A stretch of DNA of 63,128 nt, filler included, from Choristocarpus tenellus KU-1152 (Eukaryota; Protista; Phaeophyceae): assembly GCA_964200185.2 (NCBI GenBank). It is 10 parts of 10 records of this genome, joined end to end, with 100 filler letters (N's around TTAATTAATTAA, not from the genome) between each part and the next. Parts side by side here need not be neighbours in the genome. Positions count along the whole stretch, not along the records: positions 37,059 to 41,353 come from CAXNAD020015239.1; positions 41,454 to 45,471 come from CAXNAD020016643.1; positions 45,572 to 51,853 come from CAXNAD020008484.1; 7 more parts are not named here. One strand, 5' to 3'. Position numbers and translations under genes: made by a program. Position 1 is the stretch's first letter. Every line of letters starts with the position of its first letter. This document shows positions 38,959-49,906 of the stretch, in pieces. The notes beneath the pieces were generated by a model. That model did not search any database and was not told the DNA's origin. It was given only the letters and a program-made list of their open reading frames with translations.

Positions 38959-40089
38959 ATGTTACCCAACCATGCCTGCCCACTCCTCCTGCTGCTGGGG
39001 GCCGTCTGGGCTCTAGTTTACCGACCCTGCATTGCATGGCAGTTGCGACCGTCTTTCACAGCCCTCGGTCTTCCTCGAGTCATCAGTGGCAACAGACACT
39101 ACCAGGTTCAAACAACTTTCAGCCCCATCCATGGTTACCCAGTAGTAGCTGTTAGCATTTGTGTTGCCATTAGTAGGAGGGTGAAGTCCATCAACCTTTC
39201 TCACACCATAATATATGTTCGTTCGAACTACTGAGCTGATATCAAGCGCTTTCCGAAGCTATCGCACCAACATGTTCTCCTTCGCCTCGATCCTACGGTT
39301 CGTGGTTCTCCCAATCTCTCTCCGTTGTCTCGTTTGGATCCAACATGCCCTCCTCCACAGCACCGACATTCGCAATATCGTGCCCCTTTGCGCAAGCAGC
39401 AGTTTTGCTCTATGGTCCTTGTGGCGGCGGAAGGTGAGATGGATCTCTTGGGAGGCGACAAAATGGAGCTGTGGCTAGATATGCAGGCGGCAGCACTACC
39501 TGCCATACAGACACTAGAGATCCTCTTCAATGATATGAGGCGAAGAGAAGAAATGCGTGGCGGCGATCCGGACAACAGTGAATTATTTAAAAGAGTCCCG
39601 AATCCCGTGAGTGGGTTGCTGTTTGCCTCCGACCCGCCAGAACGGGCTGCTATGGAACTGGAAGGTGTGGGGGATTCTCTGCCGTGCTATGTGGTACAGG
39701 AGGACGGCAACGTTCTTGATGCCAAGACCGGTAAGAAGGTTGGGGTGATGGTCTCAGCGACCGGCGAAGATGCAGCGGTTCGGGCGGCGGCGGCGGTCGC
39801 AGATGGGGCGGGTGTGCTCCTTTTGAGGGGTGCCAAGCCGTCAGAATGGGAGGATGTCCCTCAAGTAATTGAAATTGCAACAGGAGCGTGTAAGGCTGCT
39901 GGGGCTATCTTGGGTGTGACCGTTAGGACGGTTGGTCAAATAAACGAGGCCTCTATGGCAGTCCTCCACGGGACCCAGACCACAGTGTTAGGTGCAGAGA
40001 GAGCTGTGAAGGGATTTGGAGATGGTAGGATCATTTTTCTCATTGAGCCAGATGCTGAATTATGGGAGATGGGCCTTCTTTACCTATGA
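38959..40089 (+). CDS. Complete 2-exon gene (38959-39105, 39361-40089), 291 aa; probably plastid-targeted, uncharacterised, resembling the N-terminal domain of type II 3-dehydroquinate synthase
   Basis: Hydrophobic signal peptide ending CIA-W followed by an Arg/Ser-rich transit-like stretch; CAG|gt...cctccacag|CAC in phase 0; long GC-rich ORF to TGA. The gene model is solid but the family assignment is tentative. Confidence 0.75.
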
Positions 40090-40352
40090 TGTTAATAACA
40101 TTGTTGCGAGAGTGGAGGATACTAAGTGGCCCATGGTACAACAGCATTTCGACCTACTACTGTAGTACCAACTAGTACCAGTACCATGATGTACTTACTC
40201 AAATGTACTCCTACTAAAGCCCTATAAAAGCACCAAGTGCAGTGACAACAGCATCCTCTCCATAAAACATTCCCTAACCACACTGCCCTGTACAAGCCAC
40301 AGCCTTTCGCAGATCATCTCTCTTCTGAACCGTGGAGTTGCAAAACACTATG

Positions 40353-40754
40353 TTAATTGACACCTTCCATCACCTCAATACCTGGCTCCTCACCACCCAA
40401 CCCTACACCAGCCCCCTCCCCTCCCCCCTGTGTAGCAGCGGCTGTAGCAGCATTTCTCTTCATAGCGCCTGATGCCGGTGCAGTCTTTGCACCGATTTGT
40501 TTGATCTCTACACCAACTACATTCGCCAACCTTCGCATTACAAACTCCTGCTCAGGGGTGATAATGGACACAACCTTGCCCGGACGTCCCAGCCTCCCTG
40601 CCCTGCCCCCCCGATGGACATAGCCCTCTCCATCCTCAGGGAGGTCTAGGTTGAACACGTGGGTTACCTCGGGGACATCAAGACCGCGCGCAGCAATATC
40701 TGTTGCCATCAATGCACGGATGCGTCCTTTTCGAAAGAGTGACATGACGTCCGC
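40353..40754 (-). CDS. DEAD-box RNA helicase, terminal exon (helicase C domain plus low-complexity tail)
   Basis: Motif V ATDIAARGLDVPEVTHVFNLDLP and motif VI YVHRGGRAGRLGRPG; acceptor cccatag|GCG; stop at 40353. Confidence 0.93.
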   Translation of the reverse strand, partial: ADVMSLFRKGRIRALMATDIAARGLDVPEVTHVFNLDLPEDGEGYVHRGGRAGRLGRPGKVVSIITPEQEFVMRRLANVVGVEIKQIGAKTAPASGAMKRNAATAAATQGGGEGAGVGLGGEEPGIEVMEGVN

Positions 40755-41161
40755 CTATGGGTATTGACAAGTCCGGAGCAGGGGGTACAGGGGGGGAGGG
40801 GGAGGGGGAGTGGATTAGTTAATCGTCCACGGCAACCGTGCAAGTTAGGTGTTGAACATGAAGTGATCAAGAGGGGGATAGCAACTGATTGTGTGCTCCT
40901 CAAGTAGTGCTCTAAAAAGGGGTGGTCTTGGAGTGGAGGGCCTGTCCAAAAGGTAGATGTCACTTTGTCAATGGCACACACTTTCTACCTCAGTGGAAAA
41001 GTGGCATCTTAACACTTGACAAACCTCAGTGGTCAGGGAACTACCCAGCATAACCAACCAGACATCACCCCATTAGTTTTCCCCTCTACCCAAGCAACCA
41101 TACCCTTCCTTGTGCTTCCTGTTCAGCCCATCCACACCTGGATGCCTCTCTCACTCAATAT

Positions 41162-41309
41162 GACTCAAAGTATCTGGAGGGGGGGGTCTATACCAGGGTG
41201 TCCATTCAGGCCCTGACCAGGAGAAGTGCACTTACATTATCCATCCGACGCATGCAACCAAATCACCCAAAAATCACAACATGGAAAAATGGGCCCCAAA
41301 CAGACAGCC

Positions 41310-41353
<44 letters not shown>
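41162..41353 (+). mobile_element. MITE family B, nearly complete copy (about 200 bp), broken at its poly-C end
   Basis: Starts GACTCAAAGTATCTGGAG(n)TCTATACCAGGGTGTCCATT and ends in the poly-C tract that precedes CAGATACTTTG in other copies. Confidence 0.82.
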
Positions 41354-41453
41354 NNNNNNNNNNNNNNNNNNNNNNNNNNNNNNNNNNNNNNNNNNNNTTA
41401 ATTAATTAANNNNNNNNNNNNNNNNNNNNNNNNNNNNNNNNNNNNNNNNNNNN

Positions 41454-41483
41454 CCCCCCCCCCCCCCCCAGATACTTTGGGTC
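41454..41483 (-). mobile_element. MITE family B end at contig start
   Basis: C(n)AGATACTTTGGGTC. Confidence 0.8.
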
Positions 41484-43688
41484 CATTCCACCATTTCCTT
41501 GTGTACCCATTAACCATGTAGGTGGCTTTGATACTGTCATCGTTATGAATAGGTGGGTAGCTTAAGAATCCATTGATGATATTTTGCCTCACATTCTTTG
41601 AAGCCTTGTACAACATCGGATTGAAGAAAAGCTCACCCTGCATCAGTCAACAGGATATGTTAATAGAATGTAATTAGTCACCTATAAAAATATTTGTGCA
41701 ACACTCCCTTATTGCGCCTGGAAGGCATCTACGCAAGCATATTCTCCATTAAGTAGAAAAAAAACATATTCCAGAACACCATTCCCTTGACGCCACCACT
41801 ATGAGAGAAAGAGGGACCTCGCCGATCTTGGCATCCTTAACATGCCAGAATGCTTCAACGACAGCATTGAGTATAACCTGGAATAAAATAGAGGTTTTCA
41901 TATTATCATTGCATCTGGAACCCGATAAGGACAAAATCGATGGACTGGACTAAGGTTGCCCTTAGGCTTAGTCCTTGATTCACATGTCTGTTGAACACTC
42001 ATTCTGAAAGGACAATACCTTCATCTGCTGACCTGATACCCACCATCCCCGCTGGACCTTAGACTATTGGTGTACCTAAGGAGTCCTATCTATAGACTTG
42101 TGGACTGGAGCTATACATTCCGAGGAGGAAAGCCTTCGAGTGTGTTGTAACGTATGTTGGTGGGTCTTCCACAACTCTGTTTCTGTTTGTGAGGGAGTTA
42201 AGGTTGGATGCCATATCTGCAGCATATCCTGGGCTGTATTCCACATGCCAGGGTGGAGGATGGTCAGTGCATCTCTCACGTGGCCAAGATATTACCGATA
42301 TGCACCATGTGCATTGTGTGCAGGTCTTGCAGGACGGTCTAGAGGCTGCCAAAGATCGAGGAGGACAGTGGAAGCCCACCTCCAAAAAACGGACCCCTCA
42401 TCTCACCCAAAAGGGAACGGTAACCATTTACTGAGCTGAGGTCACTGTGTTACCTCCGCCAGGAACTTTGGGTACCATTTAAGGTGGGGTGACCCTTCAC
42501 CTCCATCAGTAACCCTGGGAAGTGAGTGAGCTTGGGTCACCACATCATCTCTATCAGGAACTCCAGGGGGCCACGGGTAGGTGAATGGTTACCTGGTAGA
42601 GAAGCAAGACAATTGAACTTGGTGTGTGTAAGCAAAGAAATGTTTTTCATTAAGTATTTCAGAACACTAATACAATTTGTTCACACCAAATCCTCAAATG
42701 GTGCCAAGTGAGTTTAGCCAATAGCAGTCACTTTTTTAATGACAACTTACCACCTCTCAGAGGACCTTAGTTCCCACACCCAGCTTCCCTAGTGTTTGCT
42801 TGTCCCCATCATTTTTGTTCGGGCCGGGGGTGTATGCAGCGGGGACATGGATATCGTTGAGTTGAAACACAACACGCTATGTCCCCCTTCGCTCTTTAGG
42901 AAGATGACGAGCGTGAAGGCGAATGGTACCCTATTGACCACATGCATAGTTTAGCGTGTTGTTAAGCTTCGCATATAAATGCTCGTCACTGAGAACTGAT
43001 TATGGGTTTCATGGCAAGCATACACCAAATATCAATTAAGCTATGGGCTGCTGTCGACGTCAGCCATCATCTGGCGCATGAACAAAACTGACTCATCATA
43101 ACCCTACATATGATACTATATATTGTATTAAACAATACATCATACATGAAACTGTCATATTGTGTTACATGTAAGCATAACACTAGTTACTGCAACAGTG
43201 CGCCCGTCACTCAGTTCTCCTGCTTCTCTTGCCCACCTTAACGGTGGCTATCGGGGTTGCCCAGCGGTGGGCACAATCGCTTCATCTATCTTTTGTGTCT
43301 TTCGCCCACACTTCTTTTTTTGCGAAGCCAAGTTCACAGGACAAGGTACCTTCCTTGAAGACTCCCACAATGTCCTTTTTGGCTTGCTCGTTTGCACAGC
43401 TGCCGTACTCCTAGTCCCGACAAGTCTTTCAGAAGCAGGAGGAGGCACAGTAGTTGAACATATCTCTCGATCGAGTTGCAATCGATCAAAAACGAGCTTA
43501 AAACCCTGAAGCCAACAAGACTTAGGCCGATAACAGCATTCCGCTAACCATTGCCACGAGTCGACAACACAGCTCATACCAGTCTCCATGCCAACAGTGT
43601 TGAATATTTTCATCAAGAATATGAGGGTGTTGTATGGATGTATGTGTGGTGTTGTGAGGGAGATTATATTTTATTTATGGAGTAAGTG

Positions 43689-43725
<37 letters not shown>

Positions 43726-44009
43726 ATTGTGAGTGAATGGACTCTTCAAATGGGTGTTTTAAATACTAGGAAGCATTTTCACAGGCTGGCAGGTCAACCA
43801 ATCTGAACACTTCCTGCTCTACACCATCTTGGAAAAGTGTAAGTTGGCAAGAGAGGTGTACGTATGTATGATGTTGTGACATTTACCTTGATGGAAAAAA
43901 GACTAATTGGAGTTTAGTGTCAAAAAGGTTTTTGCTAAGTTATACCGTACAGTCGAACAAAAAATAACTAGATTTTTTTATTGTACTTTTTACAAATATT
44001 TATTATTAT

Positions 44010-44480
44010 GCCTTCGACATTTTGCAGATGTGTCAGGGTCAAAAACAATGAAAACCCAATGAAATATCCAAATAGCCCCTAAAAAAGTAACAGCTGTCGA
44101 AAATGTGAAAGAGATTTTTCTATAACTCTTTACTATTTGACTACCACCTATGCTCTACAACACTGCCCTCCTATGCCTCCAACCTAGCTTAGCCCTGCAA
44201 CCCAGGGTGAGGAGGTAGAGAAGCGTCCCAAGAATCTAACAAGCTCCTCCTTGCCCATCTCCATGTGGTGTCTCCAGCTTAAAAGGCATGACGCATCTTG
44301 GTAGAGCTACCTGTGTTATGACAAACACTATCTGTCCTAAGCGGGAGTTGACAGCCCCTTTCCTGTTTTACATGTCGTATTGGTCTCTTGAATGTGCATC
44401 GTTTTTATCCATAACCCTAGCGCGGTACTGCATTATAGCATTGGTTTTTCCTCTGACACATCTGCAAAATGTCAGAGGGC
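44010..44480. mobile_element. MITE family C, old copy of about 470 bp with TIR core CCCTGACACATCTGCAAAATGTC
   Basis: Inverted copies of the core at about 44016-44038 and 44450-44480. Its interior matches 58697-59143 in reverse. Confidence 0.7.
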
Positions 44481-45388
44481 AAAAAAAAATAATAGAATTG
44501 TATAGTATAGCATAGTATAGCTCTATATTATATAGTTGTGATGTTATACAAGAACGACAATAAAAACTGTGCATGTTATTTTTTGTTCATAGAGAAGTGA
44601 TGAGAGGGTTAGGGCTATAGATAATGACTTGCGGTGTAGTAGAGGATCTCGACAACACTAATGATGTATATAATTTCCTACAATAATTCTGAGCCGTTCT
44701 AAGTTGCTTCGTAGTGAGCAGTGGCCACCCCGGTTGGTGCCCTGGAGCTTTGCAGCATGATCTCTGCCACCCATCTTCCATACAACCTAATGTCGTGAAC
44801 TAAGTACCACTCCATGCACCTTTTGGTGATTAAGTACACATCAACCGGATTATCGTAGTATATCTCAGATCAACATAAAAATTAATCTCGGAAGGATTTG
44901 GAATAAATGCTCTATACCCAGAATGTTTGCCTTTCACCAATTAGGGTCTTGATTTTTACTTTTCCAGATTTGGAAGTATCTCATTGTTTTGTGTTGCAGA
45001 GAGTACTTCCGTGCATACCATAACAAAAAAAAATGCGTCCGTGGACCATACAGTATGCTACGCTATACACTCAAGAGGTGTTTTAAAGAGAAAAAATATT
45101 TGCCATGCCATGAAATACTGTCCATTGAAAAAGATATATTCGCGTATGCAGATAAAATTTGAAGTTCTTTGTTGGTTGTATGACAAGGCTGTCCTTCAGA
45201 ATACGCCGTAGCTACCTGGAGTGTAGGAAGAGACCCATAGTCTCTTCACCCATCACGGCCACACCACACCAGTCAATCAAAGATATATCTGCCTTTCTTC
45301 TTCCCCCTGGATATTGTTTCCATGTTGTCATGTTACTGTCTAGTTGTGTGGGTACATGCAGAACTGTACTGTGCCATATTAACAAAAT

Positions 45389-45471
45389 AAATGAAAGTAT
45401 CTTAGAGGATAGAGCCGAGTCCATTTGGTGGCCAAAACCCAATGTTGCGTTTTTGATGTAATTTTGGCTAT
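45389..45471 (-). mobile_element. MITE family A end at contig end
   Basis: AAAGTATCTTAGAGGATAGAGCCGAGTCCATTTGGTGGCC... Confidence 0.85.
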
Positions 45472-45571
45472 NNNNNNNNNNNNNNNNNNNNNNNNNNNNN
45501 NNNNNNNNNNNNNNNTTAATTAATTAANNNNNNNNNNNNNNNNNNNNNNNNNNNNNNNNNNNNNNNNNNNN

Positions 45572-45659
45572 GGATGGACAAGTTAAGTGCCCTTTTGCTG
45601 GTCACGGTCCAAATGGCCCCCCTGGTGTAGCCCCCCCCCCCCCCCAGATACCTTGGGTC
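45572..45659 (-). mobile_element. MITE family B end at contig start
   Basis: ...CCTGGTGTAGC(n)AGATACCTTGGGTC. Confidence 0.82.
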
Positions 45660-46369
45660 ACTCTAGGTCTGATACCTCATGTCGCTATCCTCAGATTTTG
45701 GAGATTCGATAATTAGGGTTAGGGGTGTGGTGACAGTAATGCAAGAGTTTGATCTTGAGATTGAGACAGTCACATGGTCTCAGGAGTGACTTCTGGACGT
45801 CTCACGGCGTGTTAGTTGTAGAGTACACTACAATATATATATATATAGTTTTTTATATCTACAGTAGCGTAACCGCAATAGTTACCATGGAAGAGGAAGG
45901 TTACAGTACCATTCTATTTTATTGATTTTTACAGGAGATAGAGATTAGCATTATATCCAGGTACTACTAGGGGCAGGGGGATTCACAAGGGGACCAAGCC
46001 AAACACCCAGAAAAAAGTCACATTTGTCCGGTAGCACCTCAAAGAAATTAAACATGGCATTTTCAGCCAATTTATCCAGATAGGAGGCCTCTGTGACCCT
46101 TGGTTACTTGAATAATGCTAATTGTATACCCTTGGCAATGGTGGTGTGTTGTTGAACACTAATATATATTCTTAATAGTGTTTAGGGTGGTAGGTTGTAC
46201 TTTGTGGTGTGATCTTCTAGCACTGGCAGTGGTACATTGTACTTAAAAAAGTTGTCCTTGTACCGTTGGCATCTGTTTCATCTACTTTGCAGTGTTGTCC
46301 TTATACTGTGTATGGTGGGATGCGGTAATATACTTTAAGATGTTCTCCTGTTACACCGTTTGTGTTGGT

Positions 46370-46735
46370 ATAATGTACTGTTATCCACAATGGTGTAACA
46401 TGTTTTGAAGTATTTCAATATACCGTTGGCAGTGGTATGATGTTCTTTTGAAGTGTTTCCTTTTACCGTCTGTGATGGTATATTGTATTTGAAGTATTTT
46501 CTTGTACTGTTGTCTACTATGGTGTAAAATATTTTGAAATATTTCAATATACCGTTGGCAGTGGTATGATGTTCTTTGAAGTGTTTCCTTTTACCGTTTG
46601 TGATGGTATATTGTATTTGAAGTATTTTCTTGTACTGTTGTCTACTATGGTGTAACATATTTTGTAGTACCTTAATATATCGTTGGCAATGGTGTAATGG
46701 AATCTAATGTATTTTCCTTACACAGTTGACAGTGG
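46370..46735. repeat. Minisatellite of about 43-bp monomers organised as a 128-129-bp trimer
   Basis: ccgttggca recurs at about 46423, 46552 and 46680; three alternating monomer types. Confidence 0.85.
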
Positions 46736-47582
46736 GTCAATAATATTCTTATGATGCCAGAATCTATGCCCCCCATCTCCTTCTTCCCTACTCAGGAATC
46801 CTTAGTGTAAAGTCTCTTTTTCACCATATTAGGTAGGACACGGTATGTACTTCAAGTGCAACAATACCCCTTTTTGAAGGTTGATTTACTGGTCAATTGA
46901 TTGAAGAACAAGGCAAGAAGAAACAGAAGGTATCACCAGCAAGAGTGATTTTTCTTATATTGTGAACGGTATCATGTGGAGTATCATTAGCACTATATTG
47001 TAGAGAAATGGACACCTAAACCATACTAGAGAAATATAATCTAGTAGAAGCGTTTTAGATAAAGGGATAACTAAAACTGTTGTGTAAGAATGGACATCTC
47101 AAAAGACAAAATTGGAAATGGATCTGAATATGAAGATAAATACAGGAACAGAAAACTACTAAGGTGTAGTTGAAGCAGATGTGCCTAGAATGGAAACACG
47201 TAGAATTGGATATTCGAATGTAAGACTCCAAAACGCATTTAACAAAGTACACGTACTGCATAGAAATAAGTTTTTTTTTTTCATTTTTCAGGGTGTGTCT
47301 TGAGGCGAAGTGAATGAAGGAGAGGCACACATTTTTTTTTTTTAATTGTCATATATATATATTTTTTTAAATCTTTTTTTGCACTCTTTACACCCTCACT
47401 ATTTCTAAGGATGAGGTGCTGAGATTCGTTTGAGAGCATAGTGGTTTCGCCATCGTTACCGTTTCAAAAAAAAAAGAAGTGAACTGAAGCAAGAGAAGTC
47501 TCTACATATTCTTTTTTTGTCCAAGAAATCTGAATTTTTGAACACTTTGTCAGTATCCTTAAGAAATGCACCCATGCGTGGG

Positions 47583-47620
<38 letters not shown>

Positions 47621-47753
47621 TATTATTATTATTATTATTATTATTTATTTTTTTATTGAACTCTTTTTGGCAGTGAAATTGAATTGCGATTACGAATTGA
47701 AATTAGTATTGTTTTTATTTTTCAGTGACTGATTTTTTTTGTAATGATTTTAG

Positions 47754-49870
47754 GTCACTAGTGGAAGGCGTTTATGAGTCGATCTCCCAACACCTTGAGT
47801 CTTCTCACCAGAGTTTGAGGCGCCTGGAAAGGCGTATGGATAGGGATCGACTCACCAACGGGACCTTGACGGAGGACAAGGAGAAGAATTTGGAGGAGAG
47901 CAGGAAGGCGTATGAGACGTTGCTGGCTAATGTGGTGTCGCTGTCATCTTCGCTGAACAGGTGCTACTACAGTGTCTTGATGGAGAAAATAACTTTGACC
48001 ATTGTGTTTCTTATGGAGAAGTGGTGGCTTTGCAGGATGATTAAAGTTAAAGTTGGCTTGTCATTGGTCGGATGGGGATATTGTAGCATAATGGACCAAT
48101 GAGGAGAAGGCTGGTTCTATTTTGTGACTCTTTCTGTTTGGTATTTGATTGTCGTATTATTATTATTTGTAATGGTCTGCATTTTTCACGTTGGACAACG
48201 TAACACTTGTGTAACACTGTGTTACTTGTAATGCTTTGTGTTAACATTTTACCTCTTTCTCTGTTCATCAGTTTTGAACAGTTTGCAGGGTTCGCTGTTC
48301 AGATATATGCACAATATTGGATCAGATTTTCACTGATTTTTTTTAGGAACTAGAATGGATAGATTATTCGGATTTTGCTGAGATTTTAGGAAAACCTCGT
48401 AACATGTTTTTTCAAGACCTTCAAACTGTTTAAACTGATGCTGAATGGATATTGCATAGCGTTGTATATGTTTTGAACTGGAGTGTTATAGGCACTACAT
48501 CATGTTCGGCATTCTTTTTGTCTGCAGTGTTGTGGATGTAACATAACGTTGAGTTTTATGTTGTCTAAGGTGTCTCCAGTGTTGCGGATGTAACATGATG
48601 TTGAGTGTTGTGTTGTCTACGGTGCCTCCAGTGTTACGGATTTAAGATAGTGTTGAGTGTTATGTTGTCCAAGGTGTCTCCATTGTTATGGATGTAACAT
48701 AGTGTTGAGTGTTATGTTGTCCAAGGTGTATCCATTGTTATAGATGTAACATAGTGTTGAGTGTTATGTTGTCCAAGGTGTATCCAGTGTCATGGATTGT
48801 GTCAATGTGGAGTGTTATGTTGTCTAAGATGTCTCAAGTGTTAAGGAATCAAACCAATGTTGAATTTTATGTTGTTCAAGGTGTCTCCATTGTTATGGAT
48901 GTAACATAGGGTTGAGGGTTATGTTGTCTAAGGTGTCTCCAGTGCCAAATACGTAACTTAGTCTTGAGTGCTACATTGTCCAAGGTGTGTAATATGTTTT
49001 CATCAAAACATTTGACCATATCCTGTGCACTGTATATAATTGGTAGATAAAATAGTGATATGCATGTATTATGTAGTTGGGAAGATGCAGAAAGAGTCTT
49101 GTGCTTTGGTATATATATAGCTTTACCATTTTTTCTACATATAATAATGGTGTTCGTATGTATATCTTGTTGAGACCTACCAACTTATCCCTTTTTTTTT
49201 ATGTTGAATATGTAATAGGAGTACCCTATTCCATCAATACATATTCCTTATTTCTTTGATGTTGAATACATTGTAAGAGTACCCTATTCTGTCAATACAT
49301 CTGTCAATGTAGTTTGTTCTTGGCTTACTCAATCTTTTTCTTTATTATTATTATTATTATTCATTGAACAAATGAAGGAAAATGAGGACCATTTTCTGGA
49401 AGTTCTGCTATAATTTTCTCAGGCTTCTTTCTGCTTTGAGAAGTTGCATGCGGCGTAGTTGTAGAATATGAAGTAGTCTGTAGCTCACTACCTTAAAATG
49501 GAATGCTTCCCAGTTGGTGTGATCCTCATATATCAGGGCATCTTTTTCTTTTTCCTGAAGGGATATGCCAGATCTTCCAGAGGAGGAAGAAGAGGAAGAG
49601 GCTGGAGGTATTAGTCTGTGGGAAGGAGGAATCGGGGAAGGTGCTGGATACACTGGACCTTTTGAGGAGGAGGAGAGGTAATCCTATTGCTTTATTATTT
49701 CCATGTTACCATTCCGACTAATATTTTGTTATTTTTTTCTGATAGTTTTTATTATTATTGTACTATTTTTTTGATATTGTGCAATTTTATTATTTTTGTA
49801 CTGTTTACTATATTGTTGCTGTTGCACTTATTTGACAGAAATGTGTATATTGTGTTGTTGTTTGTGGAAG

Positions 49871-49906
<36 letters not shown>

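Noticed and set aside
41311-41483. Joining the poly-C end at 41353 to the poly-C start at 41454 as one MITE B copy
   Set aside because: An artificial linker separates them, both show the same end type, and the flanks (TAT versus CAT) do not match.
45935-45960. Possible 26-nt UPF2 micro-exon (ttttacag|GAG...CCAG|gt)
   Set aside because: The phase fits the next exon, but the peptide EIEISIISR is not recognisably UPF2; it needs transcript evidence.
46335-46658. 107-aa ORF with internal repeats
   Set aside because: Translation of the 129-bp minisatellite; no splice or homology support.
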